A DNA stretch of 64,000 nt from Nitrososphaerales archaeon (lineage in GTDB: Archaea; Thermoproteota; Nitrososphaeria; Nitrososphaerales; Gagatemarchaeaceae). Made by a program: the position numbers and the translations under genes. The stretch covers positions 8,900-72,899 of the forward strand of contig JASHPA010000196.1 in the NCBI GenBank assembly GCA_030038365.1, given 5' to 3'. Position 1 is the stretch's first letter; every line of letters starts with the position of its first letter. Below are positions 34,624 through 43,572 of this stretch, one piece after another. The notes beneath the pieces are model-generated. The model had not been told where the DNA came from, did not search any database, and worked only from the letters and a program-made list of their open reading frames with translations.

Positions 34624-35280
34624 TCATCCTTCACGCTCGAGTTCGTAGATCAACCGCGCTGCGACCACATGGGCATCCAGAGACTCCCGGTGTATCCTCA
34701 CCAGCTCGTCAAGCTTCGCTACGGTCTCGGGTGTGAAGTGTCCCTTTGGGAACCCTCCGATGAGCACTGCTGGATTGCTCGCCTTCGACAGCTCGACAGC
34801 CAGTGCCTCCAGACTCGACGTCTTCCCCTGCGTCGAAAGACCGACCGCCAGGTCGGGACGGATTCTATCCAGCAGCGCGGGCAGCGTCGACTCATGGACC
34901 GAGATCAGGCCGGACTCGGGCCGTTCGACGAGCAGCTTCTGTACCAGGTCCCTGAAGCGGGCGTAGCTCTTGGGCGGGCGCGTCCTCTTTTCCAAGTCAA
35001 GCACGGTGTTATCGCCCGTGTGGATGTAGACCTTGACGCCACCCTCTAGGTACAGGGGCGTGCTTGTGATGCTCAGCAGGGTGAGATGGACAAGGTCCGG
35101 CCGACCCCTCTTGGCGCCGTCAAGCAGTTTCAGCATGGCGTGGTGGTGTATGCTCCTGTCGAGAAGAGTCTCCGAAGACTTGATACCCCTCCTCTTCGCC
35201 TCGTTCCTTGCCGAAGCGTGTCCAGATATCTCGTGCGGGACAAGCTCCAGAGCCGCCTCGGCGATTATGAGGTTGAGCAC
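34624..35280 (-). CDS. nep1: ribosomal RNA small subunit methyltransferase Nep1 (Emg1, SPOUT fold)
   Basis: 218 aa. LNLIIAEAALELVP...LLDRSIHHHAM...RPDLVHLTLLSITSTPL is the Nep1 signature. Confidence 0.85.
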   Translation of the reverse strand: MLNLIIAEAALELVPHEISGHASARNEAKRRGIKSSETLLDRSIHHHAMLKLLDGAKRGRPDLVHLTLLSITSTPLYLEGGVKVYIHTGDNTVLDLEKRTRPPKSYARFRDLVQKLLVERPESGLISVHESTLPALLDRIRPDLAVGLSTQGKTSSLEALAVELSKASNPAVLIGGFPKGHFTPETVAKLDELVRIHRESLDAHVVAARLIYELEREG

Positions 35281-35312
35281 CCCGACCGAGGCTCCCAGCT
35301 ACGATTAATTCT

Positions 35313-35678
35313 TTGTTCGCATGTGGCCATGACGTGAAGCGACGGGAGGCTAAGAAGGAGGCTGCCCGAGTAGCCAGTGGCCTGATTGAAACGGCGGCGA
35401 GGACGGCTACGGAGGACGTCGAACTGGCGAAGCGACAGGCTGCCCTGGCGCGTCGGCTCGCTCTCAAGTTCAACCTGAGGTTCGACTGGAGCCAGAAACG
35501 CTTCTTCTGCCACGGCTGCAAGGCCCTGATCTTCCCCGGAGCCAACGCGCGTGTCCGCCTGGGTCCGGATAAGATGCTACTCATAACCTGCGCCGACTGC
35601 GGTCGCGTCAACCGAAAGAAACTCGGCGCACGCTTAAATAGACAGCGGAAAGGCCAGAGCAATTCACTCCGTGAGTAA
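35313..35678 (+). CDS. rnp4: RNase P protein component 4 (Rpr2/Rpp21 zinc ribbon)
   Basis: RLALKFNLRF...KRFFCHGCKALIFPGANARVRLGPDKMLLITCADCGRVNRK is the Rpr2 pattern. The start is uncertain (TTG 35313 or GTG 35334). Confidence 0.8.
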   Translation: MFACGHDVKRREAKKEAARVASGLIETAARTATEDVELAKRQAALARRLALKFNLRFDWSQKRFFCHGCKALIFPGANARVRLGPDKMLLITCADCGRVNRKKLGARLNRQRKGQSNSLRE

Positions 35679-35681
35679 AGA

Positions 35682-36137
35682 ATGGTTCGCGTCTACGACG
35701 TCCCTGCGGACAAGCTGATCACCGCTTTAGCGGAGCACCTCAAGAAGGTGCCAGAGCTCGAACCACCCCAGTGGGTACCCTACGTCAAGACAGGGTCCCA
35801 CGCGGAAAGGCCGCCTCAAAGGCCGGACTGGTGGTACTCGAGAGCGGCCTCTATCCTGAGGAAGGTATACGTTCACGGCCCGGTCGGTCTGCAGGAACTG
35901 GAGTCAGCGTATGGCGGGAGCAAGGCGCTCTCTTATTATCCGAAGCATCACCGCGACGCGGGAGGATCGATAATCAGAAACGTGATGAAGGACCTAGAAC
36001 AGGCAGAGCTCGTGACGAAGCAGGGCAACAAGGGCCGTGTCCTGACGCCGAAGGGCGTGGCACTGCTCGACAAGATAAGCAAAGACGTTTTTAAGGAACT
36101 AGTCAAGGAAGTTCCCTCGCTAGCGAAATACGGGTGA
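35682..36137 (+). CDS. rps19e: 30S ribosomal protein S19e
   Basis: 151 aa. VYDVPADKLITALAEHLKK...PDWWYSRAASILRKVY..GPVGL...YGG. Confidence 0.95.
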   Translation: MVRVYDVPADKLITALAEHLKKVPELEPPQWVPYVKTGSHAERPPQRPDWWYSRAASILRKVYVHGPVGLQELESAYGGSKALSYYPKHHRDAGGSIIRNVMKDLEQAELVTKQGNKGRVLTPKGVALLDKISKDVFKELVKEVPSLAKYG

Positions 36138-36143
36138 CCATGC

Positions 36144-36428
36144 TTGTACGAGCAGAAAGATGACCAGCAAAAGGGCGACTCACAGGAAGATAAGGAAAAG
36201 AAAGCCTTCAGAGAGAATATCATACGTATGGCACTTACTTCCGAGGCCCGGCAGCGCCTCGCGAACATCCGGATGGTCAAGCCTCAGATAGCCCAGACGA
36301 TAGAGGAGTACATAGTGCAACTGGCCTCCTCGGGGAAGCTCAAGCAGGTGATAAACGACGACCAGCTCAAGGAGCTACTCGGATCGATTCAGGGGAGGAA
36401 GAGGGAGTTCACAATAAAGAGGATATGA
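36144..36428 (+). CDS. PDCD5/TFAR19-like DNA-binding protein
   Basis: 94 aa. LTSEARQRLANIRMVKPQIAQTIEEYIVQLASSGKLKQVINDDQLKELL is the conserved archaeal PDCD5 homolog pattern, in its usual position before rpl39e. Confidence 0.8.
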   Translation: MYEQKDDQQKGDSQEDKEKKAFRENIIRMALTSEARQRLANIRMVKPQIAQTIEEYIVQLASSGKLKQVINDDQLKELLGSIQGRKREFTIKRI

Positions 36429-36430
36429 GC

Positions 36431-36589
36431 ATGGGTAGCGTCAAGGACAAGTCCAAGAAGAACCGGCTGGTCAAGGCAAGGAAGCAGGCGGCCCCCGTAC
36501 CGACCTGGGTCGTGATGAAGACCAACCGCAACGTGAGATTCAACCCCAAGCAGAGGGACTGGCGGAGACAGAAGCTCCGACACAGGTGA
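36431..36589 (+). CDS. rpl39e: 50S ribosomal protein L39e (below the ORF-track length cutoff)
   Basis: Hand translation: MGSVKDKSKKNRLVKARKQAAPVPTWVVMKTNRNVRFNPKQRDWRRQKLRHR (52 aa), TGA at 36587-36589. Confidence 0.9.
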   Translation: MGSVKDKSKKNRLVKARKQAAPVPTWVVMKTNRNVRFNPKQRDWRRQKLRHR

Positions 36590-36592
36590 TAG

Positions 36593-36877
36593 TCTACGTC
36601 CACGAACGTCGAACCGTTAACCCGCGTCTACACCGTCCCCCTTCGCAGGGCCTTTGAAGCTCCCAAGTACCGGAGGGCAAAGGTGGCAGTGCGATTGATC
36701 CGGGAGTTCACTACTCGGCACATGAAGGCGAAAGAGGTCAAGATTGAGGAGGGAGTCAACCAGAAGTTGTGGTCTCGCGGCATAGAGAATCCTCCCAGAA
36801 GGATAAAGCTGGAGATGGAAAGGGACGACGAGGGCGTCGTCTCAGTGCGTCTCGCCCCCGAAGCAGAGTCATCCTAA
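36593..36877 (+). CDS. rpl31e: 50S ribosomal protein L31e (N-terminus/start unresolved)
   Basis: The frame is open from 36593. The conserved RVYTVPLRRAFEAPKYRRAKVAVRLIREF...PPRRIKL begins upstream of the first in-frame start (GTG 36683). No ATG/GTG/TTG lies in frame between 36593 and 36682. Confidence 0.8.
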   Translation, partial: STSTNVEPLTRVYTVPLRRAFEAPKYRRAKVAVRLIREFTTRHMKAKEVKIEEGVNQKLWSRGIENPPRRIKLEMERDDEGVVSVRLAPEAESS

Positions 36878-36878
36878 A

Positions 36879-37544
36879 TTGGGCCTTTACCTGGTGGACA
36901 TTTACCGGAGCCCCAACGTAGGCATCTTCCTCCGCGCGAACGACAAGTTCCTCCTTGCCCCGAAGGGAATGGCAAGCACAAAATCCGATAAGCTGGCTGA
37001 GGACCTCAAGGTGACACCCTGCTTCGTCTCCATCGAGGGGACCAGACTCCTGGGACCTCTGACGGCGATGAACAACAAGGGGATAATCGTCTCGAGGATG
37101 GTCGAGGACTACGAGATGAAGGAGATCGGGTCGAAGACCGGACTCCCTGTCACCAGGTTCGATTCCAAGTACACAGCAGTGGGGAATCTCGTGACTGCCA
37201 ACGACCGGGGCGCCGTGGTCTCACCGATCCTGGACGCAAAGGCAGTCTCCCAGGTGAAGGACGTTCTCGACGTAGAGGTGCATAAACTGACGATCAACGA
37301 CTACGTCCAGGTAGGAGCACTCACCGTCGCGACGAACAGAGGCGCAGCCGTCTATCCCAAGCTGACGGAGCTGGAAGTCCAGCACGTCGGCGAAGTGCTC
37401 GGCGTCGAGGCCTATCCGGCCTCTGTCAACGGAGGCATCCCGTTCCTGTCTTCGGGCCTGGTGGCGAACTCCGAGAACGCCGTAGTCGGAAACCTGACGA
37501 CGGGCCCAGAGCTGGTTTTCCTCACCAAGGCCCTGAAGATATGA
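36879..37544 (+). CDS. eif6: translation initiation factor 6 (aIF6)
   Basis: 221 aa. DIYRSPNVGIFLRANDKFLLAP followed by five pseudo-repeats ending in VGNL/VGAL/ANSENAVVG-type motifs. Confidence 0.92.
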   Translation: MGLYLVDIYRSPNVGIFLRANDKFLLAPKGMASTKSDKLAEDLKVTPCFVSIEGTRLLGPLTAMNNKGIIVSRMVEDYEMKEIGSKTGLPVTRFDSKYTAVGNLVTANDRGAVVSPILDAKAVSQVKDVLDVEVHKLTINDYVQVGALTVATNRGAAVYPKLTELEVQHVGEVLGVEAYPASVNGGIPFLSSGLVANSENAVVGNLTTGPELVFLTKALKI

Positions 37545-37594
37545 GCGCGCACTAGTCTTAAAAAGGGGCTCGACAACCTCGGGCCGATTTCCGC

Positions 37595-38011
37595 TTGAGT
37601 TCCGACGAGGAGGTAGTAAACAACCTGGTCGCAGAGATCAGGGTGCTCGAGAACACCTTCAACGAACTTACCAGCCGCCAGAATCTCCTCGAGAGGATCC
37701 TCATCGAGACGAGGGCATCAATAGAAACGCTCGCAGGGCTTGGTTCCTCCAAGAGCGATGAGGTGCTAATCCCTATTGGCGGAGCCGTCCTGATACGCTC
37801 TACTCCTCCGAACTCTGACAAGGTGCTCCTCAACGTCGGCGCGAACGTGGTAGTAGAGAAGAGCAGGGACTACGCATCCAAGTTCATGGAGTCCAGGGCG
37901 AAGGAGATAGAGGAGAGCATAGTATCCATCGTCTCTCAGCGGAACCAGATCGCGCAGAGACTAGATTCCGACAGAAGAGCCGTTCAATCCATAGTGAACA
38001 AGCAGGGTTAA
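37595..38011 (+). CDS. pfdA: prefoldin alpha subunit
   Basis: 138 aa. Coiled coil, then beta hairpins (EVLIPIGGAVLIRS...KVLLNVGANVVVEK), then coiled coil. It sits in the conserved position between eif6 and ftsY. Confidence 0.85.
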   Translation: MSSDEEVVNNLVAEIRVLENTFNELTSRQNLLERILIETRASIETLAGLGSSKSDEVLIPIGGAVLIRSTPPNSDKVLLNVGANVVVEKSRDYASKFMESRAKEIEESIVSIVSQRNQIAQRLDSDRRAVQSIVNKQG

Positions 38012-38021
38012 GGGGATTCCT

Positions 38022-38927
38022 GTGTTCGAGAAGCTCAGGCAAGCCTTCTCTTCTCTCACCAAAGTAGTCTCGGAGAAGAAGCTCTCAGAAAGGGATATCG
38101 ACGATGTGCTGTTCAACTTCCAGCTCACGCTCCTGGAGAGCGACGTTGCCCAGGAAGTCGTCGAGAAGCTGACGAACGACCTGAGAACCCAGCTCACCGG
38201 GGCGAGTATCGAACGCTCCAAGGACGTTGGAGATCTCGTCCAGACCAGGTTGCGCGACTCCATCCTCGAGGTCTTCAAGAAGGCAGGCAGCGTCGATATT
38301 CTGGAGCGCATCGAGACGTCGAAGAAGAAAGGTGAGCCCTTCGTCGTGCTCTTCCTCGGGATAAACGGGACGGGAAAGACCACGACCGTCGCTAAGTTCA
38401 CATATTTTCTGAAGCAGAACGGCTTCTCCGTCGTAATAGCTGCAGGTGATACTCACCGGGCCGGAGCCATCGAGCAGCTCACGCAGCACGCCGACAGGAT
38501 TTCGGTGAGGGTCATCGCGCAGAGGTACGGCGCCGACCCGGCCGCCGTGGCCAGGGACGGAGTCCTCTACGCCAAGTCCCATCACATAGATGTGCTGATC
38601 GTGGATACAGCCGGACGCATGCAAACCAACCAGAACCTCATGGAGGAGATGGGCAAGATAGTGAGAGTCGTCAGTCCCAATCTGAAGATCTTCATCGGAG
38701 ACTCGCTCGCAGGCAACGATGCCATATCCCAGGCTCAGATGTTCAGGAAGTATACCGACTTCGACGGCGCCATCCTGACCAAGGCTGATGCTGACACGAA
38801 GGGAGGGGCAGCGCTGTCCATAGCCTACGTGACGGAAAGACCGATCATGTTCCTGGGGGTCGGGCAGGAGTTCAAGGACCTGAGGAAGTTCGACCCCACG
38901 GCCTTCGTGGACCTTTTGCTCGGCTGA
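38022..38927 (+). CDS. ftsY: signal recognition particle receptor FtsY
   Basis: 301 aa. SRP-GTPase motifs GINGTGKTTT, DTAGR and TKADAD, with the GGAALS closing loop. Confidence 0.95.
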   Translation: MFEKLRQAFSSLTKVVSEKKLSERDIDDVLFNFQLTLLESDVAQEVVEKLTNDLRTQLTGASIERSKDVGDLVQTRLRDSILEVFKKAGSVDILERIETSKKKGEPFVVLFLGINGTGKTTTVAKFTYFLKQNGFSVVIAAGDTHRAGAIEQLTQHADRISVRVIAQRYGADPAAVARDGVLYAKSHHIDVLIVDTAGRMQTNQNLMEEMGKIVRVVSPNLKIFIGDSLAGNDAISQAQMFRKYTDFDGAILTKADADTKGGAALSIAYVTERPIMFLGVGQEFKDLRKFDPTAFVDLLLG

Positions 38928-38933
38928 CCGGCC

Positions 38934-39761
38934 TCACAGCTTCACAATCTCAAGCGAGAACTGTTTCGCCAGGCCTACGATCCCGTCCTTGTACTTCCCC
39001 ATTCCCTTCCAGTCGATTGCCACGAAGCGGGGAAACTTCGTCGTCTTCTGTATTATCTGCCCAAACATGGCGCTGTCCACGCCCTCCAGTGAGTGCTTGG
39101 CGACGGCCGTCGTGATTGCCATGTCGGTGTTGAGCAGGATATCATTAAACTTGGCAGGGTAATGGGTCCCGCCGAAGGCCATCGCGACTTTGTCCCATGA
39201 CTTCCCCTCGGTCAGGCACTCTACCAGCGCGTCCCCTATCACGGCGCCCGCGTGCTCGTCCCCCCATTGCTTCTCCGACGAACCGAGCTCTACGAAGAGA
39301 ACAGGCTTCTGGAGCGAGGTCGGTCCGTGGTGCGTCGCCTCGATGGTCACCTCATAACCCTCGATTTCCTTGCTCCGCTTCTTCAGGGCGATCATGTAGT
39401 TCTTCTGAAGATCGGGGTCCACTCTGCCCACCTCCATCGGCTCTCCGCCGAGATACGGTGCGTTGGTGAAGTTACCGGTCGTGTGGACCGTCAGCGACGG
39501 GATGTTGGATTCGGCCCTGTGCCTGCAGAGGAAGATGTACGCGTGCGGATTGAAGTACGTGTCAAGGTCCGGCGGCTCGACCAGTTCCGTATCGACCGTC
39601 GCGAGCAATAGGTGCCCATACTGGAGCAGAGGCCTGCCCATGAACATTATCTTGGTAGACTCGAACGGGTGGTTCTTCGTCAGCTCCTTGGCTATGGTCG
39701 TCGATGCCGTGTCCTTCGTGGACGTGACGAGTACCGTAGTGGGTCGTGAGGTGGTCTCCAT
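38934..39761 (-). CDS. dtdA: archaeal-type D-aminoacyl-tRNA deacylase (DTD2/DtdA)
   Basis: 275 aa. LVTSTKDTASTTI...FLCRHRAES..PSLTVHTTGN...IEATHHGPT matches the DtdA family pattern. Confidence 0.82.
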   Translation of the reverse strand: METTSRPTTVLVTSTKDTASTTIAKELTKNHPFESTKIMFMGRPLLQYGHLLLATVDTELVEPPDLDTYFNPHAYIFLCRHRAESNIPSLTVHTTGNFTNAPYLGGEPMEVGRVDPDLQKNYMIALKKRSKEIEGYEVTIEATHHGPTSLQKPVLFVELGSSEKQWGDEHAGAVIGDALVECLTEGKSWDKVAMAFGGTHYPAKFNDILLNTDMAITTAVAKHSLEGVDSAMFGQIIQKTTKFPRFVAIDWKGMGKYKDGIVGLAKQFSLEIVKL

Positions 39762-39792
39762 GTCGCCGTCTGGCCCACGCGCCTTTGGGTAG

Positions 39793-39800
39793 TTTTATAA
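39793..39800 (+). promoter_or_regulatory. TATA box upstream of secE
   Basis: TTTTATAA lies 38-45 nt upstream of the ATG at 39838. Confidence 0.45.
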
Positions 39801-39837
39801 ACAGGCCACTTGACTGGCGCAAAAAGGGGTTATTGGG

Positions 39838-40014
39838 ATGGGGACGCGCGAGTTTCTCAAGTCGATGGCATCGGTGATTCGGCTCTCGAAGAAGAGCGAC
39901 AGAGAGCAGTTCATGCTCTATCTGAAGCTCGTCCTCATGGGAGTAGCCGTAGTCGGGACGCTCGGTTTCCTCATAAAGTTCGTCTCAGTGGCGCTGCCTT
40001 CGATTTTCGGCTAA
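39838..40014 (+). CDS. secE: protein translocase subunit SecE (Sec61 gamma), below the ORF-track cutoff
   Basis: Hand translation: MGTREFLKSMASVIRLSKKSDREQFMLYLKLVLMGVAVVGTLGFLIKFVSVALPSIFG (58 aa). It sits in the conserved position before spt5. Confidence 0.8.
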   Translation: MGTREFLKSMASVIRLSKKSDREQFMLYLKLVLMGVAVVGTLGFLIKFVSVALPSIFG

Positions 40015-40023
40015 ACTGGGGTA

Positions 40024-40506
40024 ATGTTGTTGTCAGAACAAAAGCAAAGTTCCATCTATCCTGTCAAGACGACAGGGGGCCAGGAGAGGACGGTGGCGAC
40101 CTTCGTAGCCAACAAGGCGATGCAGAAGAAGAAGCCAATCTACTCTATCCTCGCCCTAGACACTTGGAAGGGCTACGTGCTCTTCGAGGCACCGAATTCA
40201 CAGGTCGTCGACGAGAGCATACAAGGATTCAAGCACGTGAGGAGCAAGATCCCTGGGATGATGCAGTTCCAGGACATAGAGAAGTTTCTGGTCACAAAGT
40301 CGATGGTGGCCGAGCTCTCGGACGGTGACATAGTGGAGATCGTGGCCGGTCCCTTCAAGACCATGCGTGCGAAGATATCCAGGATAGAGTCGGCGAAGCA
40401 GGAGGTCACGGTCGTCCTTCTGGATACTCCTTATCAGCTCCCTGTAACGGTAGATGCCGCTTACTTGAAGATAGTCGAGAAGGTCAAGCCCGAGGCCAAG
40501 AAGTGA
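40024..40506 (+). CDS. spt5: transcription elongation factor Spt5 (archaeal NusG)
   Basis: 160 aa. NGN domain (IYPVKTTGGQERTVA...YVLFEA) and KOW motif (GDIVEIVAGPFKTMRAKISRI). Confidence 0.9.
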   Translation: MLLSEQKQSSIYPVKTTGGQERTVATFVANKAMQKKKPIYSILALDTWKGYVLFEAPNSQVVDESIQGFKHVRSKIPGMMQFQDIEKFLVTKSMVAELSDGDIVEIVAGPFKTMRAKISRIESAKQEVTVVLLDTPYQLPVTVDAAYLKIVEKVKPEAKK

Positions 40507-40512
40507 TGGTAA

Positions 40513-41013
40513 ATGGCAGAGACTAAGACAATCTCGGTTCTTGTCGTGGGCGGCGAAGCTACGGCGGGACAGCCGCTCGGTCCCGCCCTGGGGCCCCTGG
40601 GCGTGAACGTCCTCGCCATCGTGAACGAAATCAACCGCATCACAGGAGACTTCAAGGGAATGAGGGTTCCCGTCAAGGTAGAGGTCGACACCGACACAAA
40701 GAAATTCACGGTCTCCGTCGGCACACCTACGACCTCGGCGCTCCTGGTGAAGGAGGCGGGAATCGCCAAGGGTTCGGGCAAGCCCAACGTGGACTTTGTA
40801 GGGAGCATCACATTCGACAAGGTGCTCGGGATTGCAAAGATCAAGATCAACGACTCGTACGCCAAGTCAATCAAGTCCTCGACCAAAGAAGTCGTGGGGA
40901 GCTGCGTGAGCCTCGGTCTCAAGGTCGAGAACGAAGACCCCCGTCAGTTCATGAGGCAGATCGAGGAAGGGAAGTGGGACAAGGCGATTACGACCTTCGA
41001 GAAGAAGACTTGA
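40513..41013 (+). CDS. rpl11: 50S ribosomal protein L11
   Basis: 166 aa. VVGGEATAGQPLGPALGPLGVNV...KFTVSVGTPTTSALL. Confidence 0.95.
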   Translation: MAETKTISVLVVGGEATAGQPLGPALGPLGVNVLAIVNEINRITGDFKGMRVPVKVEVDTDTKKFTVSVGTPTTSALLVKEAGIAKGSGKPNVDFVGSITFDKVLGIAKIKINDSYAKSIKSSTKEVVGSCVSLGLKVENEDPRQFMRQIEEGKWDKAITTFEKKT

Positions 41014-41084
41014 CTGGTCTGGCTTCTCCCTCTCGATGTTTAAATAATGGTCGCTAGGCGCGGTGTCTCTCCCCGGGGAAGAAT

Positions 41085-41738
41085 TTGCTTTCAGGCACAC
41101 AGCTCGCAGAGATTGTAAAGAAGGGCAAGGAGTCCAAGGAAAGGAAGTTCCCAGAATCCTTCGAGGCAGTCCTGACCTTCAAGGAGGTCGACCCGAAGAA
41201 GACTGACCTCAACATCAACGAGACCGTCTACCTTCCTCATCCCGGTTCTCTCAAGTCATCCATTTGCTTCATAGGTTCCGGAGACCTCCTGCTCAGGGCG
41301 AAGAACGCAGGCATCGACGGTACGCTGGAGCCGTCCCAGCTCGAGAATTTCGCCGGAAACAAGAAGGAAGCCAAGAAGCTCGCAAGGCAGTACGATTTCT
41401 TTCTCGCAGACACCGCCCTGATGCCCAGGGTCGGCAGAATCCTCGGTCAGGCCCTCGGCCCCAAGGGGAAGATCCCCACTCCTGTTCCCCCGAACGCGCC
41501 CATCGAGGCGATGATTAACAGGACGCGCACGGCTGTAAGGGTGCGCAGCAGGGCGGCCCTCGCCGTGGCGTCCAAGGTCGGTGACCGCAAGCTCAGCGAC
41601 TCGGACCTGGCCGATAACATCCTCGCGATGGTTCAGGCTGTCCAGAAGAAGCTCCCGAATGGCGAGCGCAACATCAAGTCCGTAATAGTAAAGACCACGA
41701 TGGGGAAGCCGGTAAGAGGCAAGGCGGGAGAGTCTTGA
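41085..41738 (+). CDS. rpl1: 50S ribosomal protein L1
   Basis: 217 aa. ESFEAVLTFKEVDPKK...DFFLADTALMPRVGRILGQALGPKGKIP. Confidence 0.95.
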   Translation: MLSGTQLAEIVKKGKESKERKFPESFEAVLTFKEVDPKKTDLNINETVYLPHPGSLKSSICFIGSGDLLLRAKNAGIDGTLEPSQLENFAGNKKEAKKLARQYDFFLADTALMPRVGRILGQALGPKGKIPTPVPPNAPIEAMINRTRTAVRVRSRAALAVASKVGDRKLSDSDLADNILAMVQAVQKKLPNGERNIKSVIVKTTMGKPVRGKAGES

Positions 41739-42610
41739 GCAAGCAGGTCCAGGTCCAGAGGGAGTACAGTCCGAAGAAGGTCTCCACGATAGACAGGATC
41801 GCCCATCTGACGAACGAATACCCCGTCATAGTCATCACCCAGCTCTCAAAGGTGCGGTCGGCTCAGCTGATGGCGGTAAGGAAGGTGCTCCGCGGGAACG
41901 CGGAGATCGTTGTGGTAAAGAACAAGCTCGCGAAGCTGGCTCTCAAGAAGGCTGGGATAAAGAACGCAGAGGAACTCATCGGACATCTGACTGGCCAGAA
42001 TGCACTTCTGTTCTCAAAAATGGACCCGTTCAGACTTTATCTTCTGCTCGAGAAGAACCGGGTCAGTCTCGCAGCGAGGGCCGGTGACGTGGCGCCTAAC
42101 GACATCATGGTTCCGGCCGGAAATACGGGTCAGCCGGCCGGTCCGGTCCTTAGCGAGTTCAGGGAAGCTGGAATCCAGACCAAGATTGAGTCTGGAAGTA
42201 TCTGGATAGTCAAGGACTCCGTAGCCGCCAAGACAGGTACGGTGATTTCACCCAAGCTGGCGAGTCTCCTCTCGAAGCTGGGAATCAAGCCGATACGGGC
42301 CGGGCTCTCGATAGCACTCGCGTACGAGAACGGACTGATCTATGGTCCCGACGCAGTGGCGATAGATATCGAGAAGTACAGGAGCGACCTCGTCTCTGGG
42401 TTCGCGTCCTCACGCGCTCTCGCGGTCTACATAGGGTATCTGACCGCGGACACTGCCCCGCAGATAATAGCAAAGGCATACAGGGAGGCTCTCGCGCTGG
42501 CGGTCGAGGTTGGAGATATCACGAAGGATACCGCTCCGGCGATACTTGGCAAGGCGCAGGCCGAGGCGAACGCCCTGTTGGCCAAGGCCAAAGAGAAGGG
42601 TTACCAGTAG
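41735..42610 (+). CDS. rpl10: 50S ribosomal protein L10 (P0)
   Basis: 291 aa. It overlaps the rpl1 stop by 4 nt. YPVIVITQLSKVRSAQLMAVRKVLRG...PAGNTGQPAGPVLSEF. Confidence 0.93.
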   Translation: MSKQVQVQREYSPKKVSTIDRIAHLTNEYPVIVITQLSKVRSAQLMAVRKVLRGNAEIVVVKNKLAKLALKKAGIKNAEELIGHLTGQNALLFSKMDPFRLYLLLEKNRVSLAARAGDVAPNDIMVPAGNTGQPAGPVLSEFREAGIQTKIESGSIWIVKDSVAAKTGTVISPKLASLLSKLGIKPIRAGLSIALAYENGLIYGPDAVAIDIEKYRSDLVSGFASSRALAVYIGYLTADTAPQIIAKAYREALALAVEVGDITKDTAPAILGKAQAEANALLAKAKEKGYQ

Positions 42611-42682
42611 CCTCGGACCGAAGCTGCGTCCCGTTCGCAGGTCGGATTCTGAAATAAATACGCCTTCCGCAAGAACAGAACC

Positions 42683-43075
42683 ATGACCCGCATCGGCCAC
42701 ATAGCTGTCGTGGTGCAGGACCTCGACAAAGCAGTGGAGCTGTTCTCTCGGGGGTTCGGTCTCACTCCAGCGAGCCGAAAGGACTACCCTGATTTGGGCA
42801 TCAAGGTGGCAGTCGTGAAGGCCGAGAATCTGGACGTCGAGCTGATCGAACCTACCGGACCAGGAAACTACTGGCAGTTCCGCTCCCCCGGGCCAGCCAG
42901 CTTCAATCACCTCTCCTTCGAGGGCGATACGATTCCCTCCTTGGGGGAAAGGAGCGACAAGCTCGGGATAAGGGAGAAGAAGGACTCGACGAGGAAGACC
43001 GAAAGCGGTACGATAACAGACCTCGACCCCGAGACCACGCTGGGGCTCCGCCTTCAGGTCTACAAGAAGGGTTGA
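42683..43075 (+). CDS. VOC-family protein (methylmalonyl-CoA epimerase-like)
   Basis: 130 aa. MTRIGHIAVVVQDLDKAVELFSRGFGL...VELIEP...FNHLSFE. Confidence 0.72.
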   Translation: MTRIGHIAVVVQDLDKAVELFSRGFGLTPASRKDYPDLGIKVAVVKAENLDVELIEPTGPGNYWQFRSPGPASFNHLSFEGDTIPSLGERSDKLGIREKKDSTRKTESGTITDLDPETTLGLRLQVYKKG

Positions 43076-43148
43076 AGTTGGTTCTGCGCCAGTCGGAACC
43101 TCCGGTAGGCCTCAGGAGGTGCCAGGACAGAGACGACGCTTACTGTCT

Positions 43149-43463
43149 TTAGCCGAAGAGCGACGCTAGACCTGCTAGGGCTTCCTCTTCCTTCTTCTCG
43201 TCTTCCTTTGGCTTCTCTTCTGCCTTTGCAGTGCTCGCCGCTGGTGCTGCAGCCGCTGCAGCAGGGGCTGCCACCGCCATCGCAGAAGCGTTCTTCAGGG
43301 CCTCATCTATGTTGACCTCGCTTAACGCGGATGCCAACGCCTTCACCTTCACCTGGTCGACATCGACACCAGCCGCCTTGACAACACTGCTAAGATTGTC
43401 CTCGTTGACTGGCTTGCCTGCCCCGTGAAGCAAAAGAGCGGCATACATGTAGGAGTCGGTCAT
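43149..43463 (-). CDS. rpl12: 50S ribosomal protein L12 (P1 stalk protein)
   Basis: Likely start [24 protein letters not shown] at 43463. Ala-rich hinge and an acidic C-terminus, [23 protein letters not shown]. Confidence 0.9.
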   Translation of the reverse strand: MTDSYMYAALLLHGAGKPVNEDNLSSVVKAAGVDVDQVKVKALASALSEVNIDEALKNASAMAVAAPAAAAAAPAASTAKAEEKPKEDEKKEEEALAGLASLFG

Positions 43464-43572
43464 TTTGCAGGGCCGAGCCAACCCGTAGTGCATTTATAGT
43501 TTTCGAGGCCTCAGCGGAGTCCGCGCGTCCCGGTGGACTCACTGCGCGTGACCGAATCTTTTACTTTATCTA

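Noticed and set aside
39810-40328. 172-aa ORF spanning secE and the spt5 5' end
   Set aside because: It is in an alternative frame across two well-supported genes (SecE by hand translation, Spt5 with NGN+KOW). It is Arg/Gly-rich with no motifs.
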